Assembly (NCBI RefSeq): GCF_902713615.1
Contig: NW_024055760.1
Span: 248,001 to 312,000 of the forward strand
Origin: Scyliorhinus canicula
Lineage: Eukaryota
Direction: 5' to 3'
DNA length: 64,000 bases
This document shows positions 11,401 to 22,797 of the stretch, one piece after another; position 1 is the stretch's first letter; the number at the start of each line of letters is the position of its first letter. The position numbers and the translations under genes are program-made. The notes under the pieces are model-generated. The model was not told where the DNA came from. It did no database searches and was given only the letters and a program-made list of their open reading frames with translations.

Positions 11401-11989
11401 TATGTACAATAACCGCTGACCAACATGAGAATTACTACCAGTCTGGGACATGGGAAGCACATGGTGCCAGGTTTAGACTTTAATAGAAATCAAGTTGTCG
11501 ATCGAAAATACCTGAAGTTTCTGTTGACACGACATGTTTTATGTTGGATTCCCACGCAGATCAGGGACAGACTTCGTCCAATTGAGACGAAGGGGCGCTA
11601 AGGGGCAATTTAGCAAGGACAATCCAGATTTCCTACACATCTTTGAACTGTGGGAGGAAATCGCTTCTCGGACTTTTTGCTAAGATGAGCGTGAGGTCAG
11701 GTGGAATGCGTGGATCTGGTTTGTCTCTCTCCTGGGTGCCATGAATTGGATTCAATTTGAATTGGTTTTTGGAGCAGGCATGGAGCTGCATTAGGGATTT
11801 GCCCCTGTCCACACTCTGAGCTCTAGCTTTGTAACTCTGATAAGGTCTTTAAAACAAATTGAGCAGCCGGAGGAAACCCTCGCAGACATAGGGAGAAAGT
11901 GCAAACTGCACACTCACGGCCGGAAGTGAACCCGGGTCCCTGGCGCTGTGAGGCAGCAGTGCTAACCACTGTACCACTCCTGTTCCACC

Positions 11990-12560
11990 GCACCGTCCCT
12001 ACTTGCAGGACAATAGAGGCATGGATTCTAAAAGCAGGGAGATCATGTTCGAGTTGTACAGAACTGCCGTGAGGCCACAGCTGGAGTACTGTGTGCAATT
12101 CTGGGCGCCACATTATAGGAAGGATGTGATTGCACTGGAGGGGGTGCAGAGGAGATTCACCAGGATGTTGCCTGGGATGGAACATTTATGTTATGAAGAG
12201 AGGTTGCATAGTCTTGTGTGTACAGGATTACGAGGGTCATGTCAGGGTGGATAGGGAGCAGCAGTTCCCCTTAGTTGAAGGGTCAGTTGCGAGGGGACAC
12301 AAGTTCAAGGTGAGGTTATGGGGATTTGAGGAAAATCTTATATATTCAGAGGATGGTGACTATCTGGAGTAAACTACGTGGGAGGGTGGTAGAGGCAGTG
12401 TGCTTCACATCCATTAAATAGTACCTGGATGAGCACATGGCACGTCCCCACATTCAAGGCTATGGAACACGTGCTGACAAATGAGGTCTTGTGTTTAGTC
12501 CTGTATTTTTCACGTGTTGGTGCAGACTCGATTGACCGGATGGCCTCATCTGAACTGGTG
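11990..12560 (+). mobile_element. CR1 LINE ORF2 C-terminal fragment plus 3' UTR
   Basis: Translates ELYRTAVRPQLEYCVQFWAPHYRKDVIALEGVQRRFTRMLPGM. Confidence 0.85.
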
Positions 12561-12999
12561 GTTCTGTGTATCTGCTATTCTGAGTGCTGTAACATTCCTG
12601 GCGCTATAATAATTCCGCGAGTGACAAACTTCCAGGATTTCCGCGTACATATTTATGTCCAGATATTGGCTGCCCAATTTTACTGGCCTTGTCTTTCACT
12701 GGCGTGTCGCTGGCAATCAGAGGAATGCATTTCTCTGCTGCAATAAAGCAAGATGTGATAATGTTAGGATAGCAAGTACCGTGAGCCGGCTGCGGTATTG
12801 GGATCGCCACACCATTGAAGGATACGGCCTGCTGGTGTGGGGGCTCAGCTCAACGATTGTGTCTCCCTCAGTAACAAACACTGACTATGGAGAATGCAGG
12901 GTCTTTTCATTGCCATATGAGCATCCGACTTGGGAGCAGGGAGTTGGTCAATCGGCCACTCGAGTCTACTCCACAATTCAGTGACATCATGACTAAGGT

Positions 13000-13575
13000 G
13001 ACCATGGCCTCAGCTCCACATTCCGTGTAACCCAAGGACGCTGGTAGAGGTATAATCAGTAAGTTCGCAGATCCCGAGAAAATTGTTGATGTGGTAAATA
13101 GTGAAGAGGAAAACCCTAGAATAGTGGCAAATGGCCTCTGAAAATTTGCGAGGTGATGCAATTTGGGAGGGCTAGAAAGGCAAGGGAATATATAATGAAA
13201 GATAGGCCGCTCGGAATTACAGTAACCAGAGGGACCAGGGATGCGTATCCATAGAGCCCTGAAAGCAGCAGGACAGGTAAATACGGTGGTTAAGAAAGGC
13301 TTATGAAATATTTGCGTTTATTTTCCGTTGAACATAAGAGCCGGGAGGTTATGATGAAGCTGCAGAAACGCTGGTTAGGAAAGGGCTGGATCACTGTGTG
13401 CAGTTGTGGTCGCCGGACTACAGGAAGGGTTTGATTGCAGTAGAGCGGGTGCAGTGGAGATTCACCAGGATGTTGCCGGGGATGGAGTGTTTCGGCTATG
13501 AAGACAGGCTGATTGGCTTAGGATGGTTTTCCTCAGAGCACAGGAGGCTGACGGGGGACCTGATTCAGGTTTATT
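13000..13575 (+). mobile_element. Degenerate CR1 RT fragment
   Basis: ISKFADP and QWRFTRMLPGMECF-type remnants, with frameshifts. Confidence 0.7.
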
Positions 13576-14147
13576 AAATCTAGCTAATCCACCTATTCTG
13601 CATATTTTTGGATTGTGAGAGGAAACCGCGGCACACGGAGGAAACCATCACAGACCCGGGGACAACGTGCAAACGCCACGAGCTCGTCCAAGGCCAGAGT
13701 AGAATCCGGGTCCCTGGCGCTGTGAGGTTGCAGTGCTAGCCATTGTACCGCCCCAAATAACCGAACTCTTTGAGCAGGTTTTTGATCATTTGACCTAAAT
13801 GCTCCTCTGAAACTCCTTTGGACATGTAATGATGTGAAAAGCTCAACATTAATTTAAATTGTTGCATTTGCTATTGTCCCGTGAGACCTGATAGTTTACT
13901 GAGTGAGTGAGTCTGTACACCAAGATATAAACAAGAAGCAGGATTTAAGGAATGACAGATCGATTCGTCAATCTTACATCTGTTATGAATGCAAGTTGCA
14001 ATCGTAAACTGGTTTAACTGTGCAAGTGGACCTCACCTCTTGCTATTTTTGAGATGTTTTGTTACAATATTTGTCACTCACTGTGTAACCTGAACTGCCC
14101 ATGAGGACGCGCGCCCTGCTGAGCGGCAGCTGGAACTGCCAGTGTGG

Positions 14148-14187
14148 GGTTTTTGTACGGGATCCCCCATATCTCTGTAGCAGTGTG
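14148..14187 (-). other. RSS with a 24-nt spacer
   Basis: Minus strand: CACACTG, then CTACAGAGATATGGGGGATCCCGT (24 nt), then a perfect ACAAAAACC. Confidence 0.8.
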
Positions 14188-14692
14188 GGCTGCATGGCAC
14201 AGAAATACACGGCGCTGTCGGAGATCATTGTGTTACTGATCGTTAGCTCGGTAGGCTTGTCTTTTTTATCAAACGTAGAAGAAAACCGATTATTGAGGTC
14301 GGTGTTCCTTTGCACCGTCTGCCCAATAAGAATAAACATGTACATTGGAGCTTTCCCGAGCTGCTGACTGTACCAGTACACATAAGGGTTAGCAGCACCT
14401 GTTTTCAAGGTGCAGGTTAATGTGACTTCACTTTCCTCTGTAACCGTTATTTCAGGTTCCTTTTGTTCCACGGTGTCCTGGTGGCTCCATTCTAACAGAA
14501 GTAACAACAATAATGACAATCAGAGTTAGCATCGCATTCAGCAATACGATCATCAGCAAAATAATCTCTGTCATTTTACCAACAATAAAATCAGGGTTAC
14601 GGCATTCAGGAAGAGAATGGAGTGTTACTGGGAAGGAAATACTGACTGAGAAGTGAGATAATGACGAGCAGCGAAGCGAGATGGTTCCTCAT
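14188..14692 (-). CDS. TCR alpha/delta-type V segment, intact (leader exon 14647-14692, V exon 14188-14491)
   Basis: Leader MRNHLASLLVIISLL with GTCAGT donor, 155-nt intron, phase-1 acceptor, then WSHQDTVEQKEPEITVTEESEVTLTC...YWYSQQ...DSAVYFCAMQP and an RSS. No stops. Confidence 0.88.
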
Positions 14693-15010
14693 GATCCTTC
14701 CTGAGTTTGTGATTCTGCAATGAGAGACATCCTCTGTCAGAGACAGAAATACAGATCCCCGTCACACTGCACTGCTGAACCGGCCAATGAGAGGAATGAA
14801 CCAGCAGCAGCAACCTCTCCACAATTGGGTCAGAGTGAGAGCAGCAACCGGAAGCAGTGGGCGGGGTACCGCAGTCTGAATATTGAGTGACGTGTGCGGT
14901 GACTCTCAGCTGTGCTCGGAACTGATGGAGCGGAAATAGCGACGGTTGAATCTTCACTGCACCGTGACCATCCTGCACCTGCTCACTGTTCAAGTCACTG
15001 AGAAGAAATA
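14693..15010 (-). promoter_or_regulatory. V promoter region
   Basis: E-boxes (14907-14912, 14976-14981), ETS-like CCGGAAG and CGGAAA, CRE-like AGTGACGT, GC box and CCAAT; conserved with 9020-9375. Confidence 0.55.
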
Positions 15011-15479
15011 TATTGGAAAGGACATGACGGACTAGAATCTAGAATCTTCGAGTCAGGGATGAGGCTACACGATCTATATTGTCCGAGACACTTTGAAATG
15101 GTTATCTTATTCTTCTTTCAAAAATAGCATTTTCTACATAGCCAGGTAATTGCCTTTACATTTCCTTCTTAAAGTTATTGTTGAATTTTCTTCCTTTTTT
15201 TAGACACCTCTTCTGTAGTTCAGCAAATCGCAGTATACATAATGAATGGAACTTTCCTGGGCTTTATTTCTCCCCGATCTTTGTACTATCCAAGGATCTG
15301 CTTGAAACAGCTCCGTTTCATCTTCATTGACAGATCCACTCACATTTCAGCAACTCAGTACAGTCTCTCCTTTACTTTCTTTGACCTAAGGAGAGGTGGC
15401 CTTGTGGCGTCATCGGCAGCTTCCGTGCCTCTGGCTCCTTAGTCGTAGAGCTTTACGGAAAAGAAGAGGCCCTTTGACA

Positions 15480-16260
15480 CATCGTGTTTGCCCCGGCCAT
15501 CAAGTACCGATCTAGTCTAAACCAATTTCTGACACTTGACCCGGAGCCTTGCATGCAATGGCGTTTCAAATCATCATCTAAACGCTTCTTTATTGTTGTG
15601 AGAGTTTCCGCCTGGACTAGCCTTATGGGCAATGAGTTCCAGGTTCTCACCGCGCTCAAATTCCCTCTAAACCTTCTGCTTCATACCTTAAATCTATGCC
15701 CCTTCGTTGTTGACTCTTCTGCTGATGGAAAGGTTTTTTTTAACCCCTCGATTTGGTCCTCCTCAGTATTCTCTGCTTTAAGGACAATATCCCAGCTATC
15801 TAGCCTCTCCTCAGAGCTGAAACATTCCTGCCCAGAAAACCTCCTGATTAATCTCTTCTGCAGCCTCTCTGCTATAATCACATCCTTTCCGTAAGGTGGC
15901 GACCGGATGTGCACAAAATACTCCAGCTGAGGACTAACCAGCATTTTATACGGCTCCATAATAACCTCCCTGCTCTTATATTCCATGTCTCAGCTAATAA
16001 AGGCAAGTATCCTGTATGTCTTCTTCACCACCATATCTACTTGCCCTGTTGCCTGCGGGGATCTGTGGGCATGAACACCAAGGTCCTGTACTTCTTGGCA
16101 TCCTGCCATTCATTGTGTGTTTTCTTGCAAAGTTCGTCCTCCCAAAATGCATCAGTGTTAAATTCCGTTTGCCACTGTTCTGCCCATCTGGCCCTTCCGT
16201 CAATATCATCCTGCAATCTATACCATTCCTCCTCGCTATTTAGCACACCGACGATTTTCA
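15480..16260 (-). mobile_element. CR1 LINE RT/C-terminal fragment
   Basis: MEYKSREVIMEPYKMLVSPQLEYFV and YRLQDDIDG...W remnants. Confidence 0.8.
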
Positions 16261-16538
16261 TGCTGTGTGCGAACGACGGTTGGGTATAGCTCAGGAGATT
16301 GGAAAGCCAGAAGGGTCTGGATTCCTGTTCCAGCTCTGGAGTGGTTGCGGCCTGCCTCCCAGTGACGTTGCAATGGATTGGACCTGCCTTCCGACAGATA
16401 GCACCAGAGAAAGAAGTAACGAGAAGAATCCAGATTTGGATAGTCAGTTCTCATTCCTGACATCGATGTTTTCACATACAAATCAATGACCTTAAATCCA
16501 TTCAGAAACCCCCATTGTGAACCGGATTGGACAGAATC

Positions 16539-16556
16539 CTCCAGCAGATGGAGCAA
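16539..16556 (+). promoter_or_regulatory. CTCF-like motif
   Basis: CCAGCAGATGGAGCA. Confidence 0.4.
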
Positions 16557-16610
16557 AGTCCAAGCATGATAGTTAGAAAGTCACATGAGACCAAAGCCAG
16601 ACGTATATTC

Positions 16611-16620
16611 AGTGATGTCA
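16611..16620 (+). promoter_or_regulatory. TCR V-promoter decamer (CRE-like)
   Basis: Exact AGTGATGTCA about 123 nt upstream of the orphan leader at 16743. Confidence 0.55.
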
Positions 16621-16742
16621 CAGTGGGCCTGGCTCCCGTGCTGTGTCTGGGGGGGACATTGAGCTGAACAGAGCCCGAGTTCCCTTGCTTCTCTCAATCT
16701 CTAACTCATTCCATTCCCAATCACTGAGAGATTCAGTCAGAC

Positions 16743-16776
16743 ATGTTTCTAATAATACTGGCGGGGCTCTTGCATA
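16743..16776 (+). pseudogene. Orphan V leader exon (MFLIILAGLLH), donor mutated
   Basis: Paralogous to 10323-10356, including the upstream GAGAGATTCAGTCAG. The donor position reads TTAAGT. Confidence 0.5.
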
Positions 16777-16998
16777 TTAAGTACTGGATTATGCACCATG
16801 GGACCCGTGCTCTCTCGTTGTGACTTCTAAAGAAATAAAATGAATTTAAATGGATTCTGACCCTTCTTTTCTGATATGAAAGAGTAAACGCAAATCACGA
16901 ACAGGCCTCACTCATTGCAGCATATCCATGGAAGTGTTACTAAAATGCCTGCTCTCGGATAACTGCACAGGCTACACACTTTCAGAATGACCCGTCAG

Positions 16999-17037
16999 GT
17001 TTTTTGTACGGCGCTGAATGGTTTTCAGTTCACTGTG
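16999..17037 (-). other. 23-RSS
   Basis: Minus strand: CACAGTG, 23 nt, ACAAAAAAC. Confidence 0.85.
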
Positions 17038-17541
17038 CCTCACTGCACAGAGATAGGTGGCGGTGTCTGTCACTCGAACGTCACTAACATTCAGAGAGCT
17101 GTGTTTCTCTGCTGAAATGAACCGAGCTGTGATCCTGCCCTGATCGCTGGTGCCGATCGCCAGGTGCTGCATGGTTCCATCCGGGTATTGTCTGTACCAT
17201 TGGAGAATCATTCCTGCTACTGTGGTGGAACAGGCCAAGGATGCAATGTCTCCCTCGGGAACCACCATTGACTCTGGAGACTGCGATAACTCGTCACTGC
17301 CAGCGGCATCTGAGATGTAAAATAACATGAATAATTTAATATCACACAGACGGCGAGAATATGATATAGCACAATCAACTACAACATGACATAACAATAT
17401 ATACAATAAAGGAAACTGTACGTCCCTATAACATGACATGTCTGATGTGTGACATTCCTGCCAGATATAGTGATTACACTCACACGGAGAGAAGAGTAAG
17501 AAATTCAGGGAGATAATCACTAAAGTGAAGCTCAGCTTCAT
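17038..17541 (-). CDS. TCR alpha-type V segment with short CDR2, intact (leader 17484-17541, V exon 17038-17309)
   Basis: Leader MKLSFTLVIISLNFLLFSP with GTGAGT donor, 174-nt intron, then AAGSDELSQSPESMVVPEGDIASLAC...WYRQ...DTATYLCAVR and a canonical RSS. Confidence 0.88.
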
Positions 17542-17743
17542 GTTGGATCCTATCGATCTCTGTTCAGTAGCTCTCGGTAGTGTTCAGGACCAGAGACAAT
17601 ACCGCGGAGGCAGCGCTGTTGTCCATCAAACTGAGTCTAATACCAACTGCACCGTGCCCGCCCGAGCCGGTTCTCATGGGCTTGTGATCACAAAGTGAAG
17701 CTGTGAGGAAGATTCAGCATTGGATGGGGAGTGGGTCGAAAAA

Positions 17744-17844
17744 TGCGCATGCGCAGAGCACCGCCTATGTGGAGTCAGACTGAGGACACGTGTGGTGTTT
17801 TCCTGCAGATTTAGTGACGTAAGTCTGTAAACCGAGTGACGTTA
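17744..17844. promoter_or_regulatory. Candidate promoter motifs upstream of the 17-kb V: NRF1-type palindrome and two CRE-like sites
   Basis: TGCGCATGCGCA at 17744-17755; AGTGACGTAA at 17813-17822; AGTGACGTTA at 17835-17844. Confidence 0.45.
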
Positions 17845-19442
17845 GTGGGACTGGTTGAAGAGTCAAAAATATCTTTCCCGGACCTGATCTGAACAGCCAG
17901 CCCTGAGTTTTAGAGAATTAACAGCTGATCAGAAATAGCAAGGCTGGGTTACCCTGGAGACTCGTTTGCTGACGGATCTGTCGGTCGGATCGGATTCTGC
18001 AGTTTATTCTTACTGCCGCTGCTGGTAACAGGTGGGTTAGTTTCATTCGAGGTTAATGTGGTCCCCTCCCCCGCCCCGGTGTGGGTTTGTGTGGCTGACA
18101 TCGCCGCTGCTCGATGGCTCCACATCATGTCTGCATCTGCCCGAGATTCTGTCGAAACTCCAACAGACAGGAGCTCTAAGACACAGTGCAAAATACGGGA
18201 CTGTTGTCCACCATGAACGCAGTCTGTGAGTCCTGCTCCTGAGTAACTATTCAGAGCCACTTTCTCCACCCAGAGATACAGAGAGAGGTTTGGCTGCCTG
18301 AGCGGTGCTGTTGCTGTTTTGTTTTTTGCCTCGCTGCTTGTCTGCTGACATGAGTAACACAGCACAAGTGAAAGACTGAAACTTTCTCCTGAACACCACA
18401 CGGACTGCAGCGGTTCAAGAAGGCAGCATCAAAGGTTAAACTAAAAGCAACTACTTCTTCTGTCTTAACATCAGACGGCAGTAGCCGAGAAACAGAATTC
18501 CCATCACTCAGATCAGAAATACATGCTGAAACAGGAAATAATCATCTGTTTAAAATTCCGATTGAAACCATGATTTCAAATGCAATGAAATGTGTTTGTT
18601 CCACAATTACTTTCCGAAATGCCCCGCCCGCACCAGCCCCACACAACCCAGATACTGGGTGGCCGCATTGTCGCCGTCTGATTTGTAAAGGTTGAAATTC
18701 GAAGCAACACCTTCTATTCCGCACCATCAAGAATCGGTTGTCTTTCTCAGCATTTTCTCACTTCACTTTCTTGCGTCTCCAATGACGGTTTAAGACCTGT
18801 AGGTGGGGAACTGCCCGTCAGTGAATGGGAACAATCCGAGCTGGGATACAGTCAGTACCTTATAAGAAGAATCGCTGCATATTTCCAGACGGAGTTTGGA
18901 ATGGGTTTGCTGGTCTGGTAATTGTAGGACGGAAAAACATGTTTGTGAATTGTGTCAGAAAACATTAAACAGACATTCGAAAGGAGAATTAATATTGGAG
19001 GGGCTCTGACCTTGGCGTTTGTTATAAAGTCTGCAACCACTGCCTCATGAAATGTGCTAATTTTCTACAAATGTCTGTGAACCAATAAAATACAACAGTC
19101 ATCCAGAATCTGTGTATCGACTTTGATTAAAGGGTCCTAGAAGGGGAGAACTGAGATGGAAAAGGTTCACACAATAATTCAGACAGAAATGGAAAGATCA
19201 TAAACAGACTAAGTGTGAGTTACCGAACCATAAATTAACTTGTGAAATTCATTTCAGTACAAATGCAAGTTATAAACTAACGAATATAAGTATTCAGTTC
19301 CTGCTCACTTGTTCGTATTGAGTGTTGTGTTTGATTTTGATGTTGTATTAATGAGCCTGTGACCCTCACAGGCTGAGTAGTTGTGTTCGTCTATCATTGC
19401 GAGAGCACCCTCTGCTGCGAAGTAACTGGAACTCCCAGTGCG

Positions 19443-19482
19443 AGTTCATGTACGGGACCCGCTATAACTCTGCAGCAGTGTG
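19443..19482 (-). other. RSS with a 24-nt spacer and weakened nonamer
   Basis: Minus strand: CACACTG, CTGCAGAGTTATAGCGGGTCCCGT (24 nt), ACATGAACT. Confidence 0.65.
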
Positions 19483-19916
19483 GGCTCCATGGTGCAGAAA
19501 TATACGGCACTGTCGGAGAGATCAGCTCCGGCGATATTTAAAGGAACCGTTTGGTTTTCTTTGTGTAAAACAGCCGAGAACCTGGCTGGGAAATCTGGAG
19601 ACTTATCTGAACTGCCCGTGCTATATATTTTCATTACATTCCTCGGAGGATCCCCGCGATACTGAATGTACCAGAGCAGAGTATCAAAAACAGCTGTCGA
19701 GTATCTACAGTCCAGGTTAATGCTCTGTCCTTCCAGAACCGTTATCTCAGATCGATCTTGGACACTGAATCTTCACCATTTGTTCCTGGAACAAAACACA
19801 AAATGTATTCAATATCTGGGAGTGAAGATAACACACAGAACACATGGTGAACATTTAAACATCGACTCACCGGGAACAATGGCCATTATTATCAGTAACC
19901 AACATGGGGAACACAT
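19483..19916 (-). pseudogene. TCR alpha/delta-type V with a 1-bp frameshift in FR1 (leader 19871-19916, V exon 19483-19785); could be an assembly indel
   Basis: Leader MCSPCWLLIIMAIVP with GTGAGT donor. Exon 2 reads TNGEDSVSKIDLR* as written; adding one C near 19760 gives QDRSEITVLEGQSINLDC...WYIQ...DSAVYFCTMEP. Confidence 0.85.
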
Positions 19917-20763
19917 GGTGTCTGGATTAGAGTTCGGCAGAAATAAATCCGATTTGAAATATGTTCTGGTATTAAAGCAGAAATTCAGATCAGGAGAATC
20001 TTCACTGACTGGGAGACTGAGGGGCGTTTCCCAGCGACATGATTGGCTGGTCTGTCGACCCTGATGACAGTTGGGCGCCAATCAGTGTTAGTCCTGGACG
20101 AATAATATCTTCTGATTCTCTCCTTCTCCCTGTCTTTCTCTGTCCCTCCATCTCTGTCTTTGTCTCAAGGTCTGCCCCGCCCTATCGCTCGGTCTCTATA
20201 TATCTGTTTCCCCTTCCTCTGTTTCTGACCCTCACTCACACACTTCCTCTGCCTCTTTCTTCCCTTTTCCTTGAAGTTCAGACTGTAGAAAACCCAATTC
20301 GTCCAACTTCCTCATTTCAAGGAGTTCATCAAAGTGTTCAGTTAATAGGAGCAGCTGAAACAGGTAAAATATAATATCCACAGCTCAGGATTAGGATAAA
20401 CATGGGATCAGTTACATTTAGATCCCAAAATAATACAGGATATTTGTGTGAATTATGGTCATATTAACATATTTTCGATGTATTGGTATTTTAGAGTCAG
20501 GATCTCATCGTGATCTCCGTGATTTCATATCGTTTAAAACCAGCTTCCTTAAACAATGTGACTGAGATATCACACTAAACAACGGTATTCGGCAGGATTT
20601 AAAGCAAAGTTGGAATTAGCTCCATGTATAACTTTATAATCATTGAAATAAATTGCAATAATAAAAATATGAACCAAAAATAATGTTACGTCATTATACA
20701 TCAACATCCTTCAGTAATTTGAGAATTCGATAATTTTCCAGGAAAGCGCCATATACCTCAGAT

Positions 20764-20781
20764 CGCCACCAGATGGAGCTC
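20764..20781 (+). promoter_or_regulatory. CTCF-like motif
   Basis: CGCCACCAGATGGAGCT. Confidence 0.45.
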
Positions 20782-22630
20782 GCTCACCATGTTTTTCTGT
20801 TCACTGCACTCGGCATAGGAGAGACAACATGGTGTTTGTGCGACGAGTCACGTCATCCAAGGCGTCAAATGGATCTCGGAAATGATTGTTTCCTCATTGC
20901 TTCCGCACTTTTTAAAGATTTACCTGAATATTTACCATTCGATCTCCTTCTGACTGTTTGAGGGTCTGTAATGCACTCCCAGTAGCATGAGAGCGCCTTT
21001 ATTGGCCCTACACTCAATCGGTGTGTCGTCAATTGGTCATCTTCCAACATATCATCCCTTGTCATTTCTGTAATTGATTATCTAACCCATTTAGCCACCC
21101 CACCCTTTTTATACCCTGTCTATCTCTGTCTGAAAACGCTGACAGGAGGAATATTGAACTGCCATTCGGTCCCTCTCTATCTGTTTCTGCAGTAACTATT
21201 AATTCATACTCTTATCGGTGCCCTAAACTGGCCTATTTTGTTTACTGTGCTCACCATATTGAATTATATCCCCATTGCCACTGTCAAATCCTCCTTTTTA
21301 TTTTCTATCAATGGATTCCTTTGTTGTCCAGACGCACCCAATGATTTTCCGCCTTTCAGGCCCATTCTTGATTATTCCACATCTGAATTTACCAATCAGT
21401 TCCCACCCTCCTGCCAAAGCAGTTTACCCCTTCCCAGCAGCACTCGACAAACGCCCGACAGGAAACCATTTTACCGCCACCTCTGAGTCAGTTCTGCCAG
21501 TCGGGCAGCACATTCTCGGGGATGTTGACGGTGGACTCTGCAAAATGAGCGTATGTTTCAGTGAAAATTGTTATTTTGGAACTCGAGGCTGTCAGTGGGG
21601 AGGTGGTGACCTCGTGGCATTATCACTGGGTAAATAAATCAGAAATCCTTGTTTGAATCTCACCATGGCGGGTGTTGGAATTTAAATCATTCAGGTTTGT
21701 TATTGTAAAAAATACAGTTCTACAGGAGACTGAAGATCCACAGCAATGTGATTGACTCTTTTTCACAAATACTTTCATTAGGATTTTTAACATTTAGTAA
21801 CAAAATGTATGCACAACATGAGACAGAGCCATTGGTAAGAATACAAAAGAAGAAACAAAGCAACAGCAACGTCATAAACATCTGTAAAACAGGTCGTCAC
21901 TTTCACTGTGAACCAGGTTCTGTGCTCACATTCCCTTTTGTACATTTATATTTACAATCAAAGTCAGAACTTTTAACTTTATATTTACGCTCATTTTTGA
22001 ACGGCGAAGTGGGGAGCGGGTGGGGGGGGGGGGTGGTGGTGTAGAAGTCCTGTTCCCCCATTGAGTTTTCGAGGGAGGCTCGGATGGTCCATCTCCTCGG
22101 TTTTCCATGTGTGTGTGTTGGGAGGTACTCAAAAGGACAGACACAAACGATACTGTAACTGGCTTAGAGGAAATGCCAGAGACTTAACTGAACCAACTTT
22201 GAGATAGAAAAAACGGTCTTCCTGATGGATAAACAGGAAAAGCCAGTGTGGGAATCCAGGCTCAAAGTTGATTTACAATTACCCCTCCTTTCTTCTACAT
22301 GAACGGTATTTAGGCTGCAGCATGTTACACACCAAAACACAAAGAGGTCAAATATAAGAAACACATAATTGTCAATTCTGAAACTCTACTCAAGCATTGA
22401 ATAACGAAACAAATATTGTGTAAAGTCGGTTGCTTTGTTCTGTAGGATTTCAGAATGCTGCATTAATAATAGAAGAGAGCATTTCGCCGTTAGAGATTTG
22501 CTGAACAAATTCTTCAGTTCAATATAAGTTCTTCTTCTGGCTTGTAAGTTTAAACATCTGTTTTAAAGAAACAGACATGTTCTTTTAAGAAGTGACATGG
22601 CCTCTCAGCAAAGCTGAACCATGCAAAGCT

Positions 22631-22703
22631 GTTTCTGTGGTGTAGTGGTTACCACATTCGCTTTACACGCAAATGGTCCCCGGTTCGGAACCGGGCAGAA
22701 ACA
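22631..22703 (+). tRNA. tRNA-Val(TAC) on an AAC/CAC-type body; probably impaired
   Basis: GTTTCTGTGGTGTAGTGGTTACCACATTCGCTT-TAC-ACGCAAATGGTCCCCGGTTCGGAACCGGGCAGAAACA; C-A mismatch in the anticodon stem and an A58G change in the B box. Confidence 0.7.
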
Positions 22704-22797
22704 TCTGGTGCTTCCAGTTTAGTCTGTTGCTGAATATTACCTCAATCTCGTAACTGATCTTCATCATCGAGGAATAGCACGAGTTTGGAACTTCTGT

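Noticed and set aside
16972-17541. 189-aa single ORF as a novel protein
   Set aside because: It is a leader exon, an in-frame stop-free intron, the V exon and RSS read-through; the splice signals explain it.
17949-18401. 150-aa ORF between V genes as another V segment
   Set aside because: No Cys-Trp-Cys Ig spacing, no RSS, and no ATG start.
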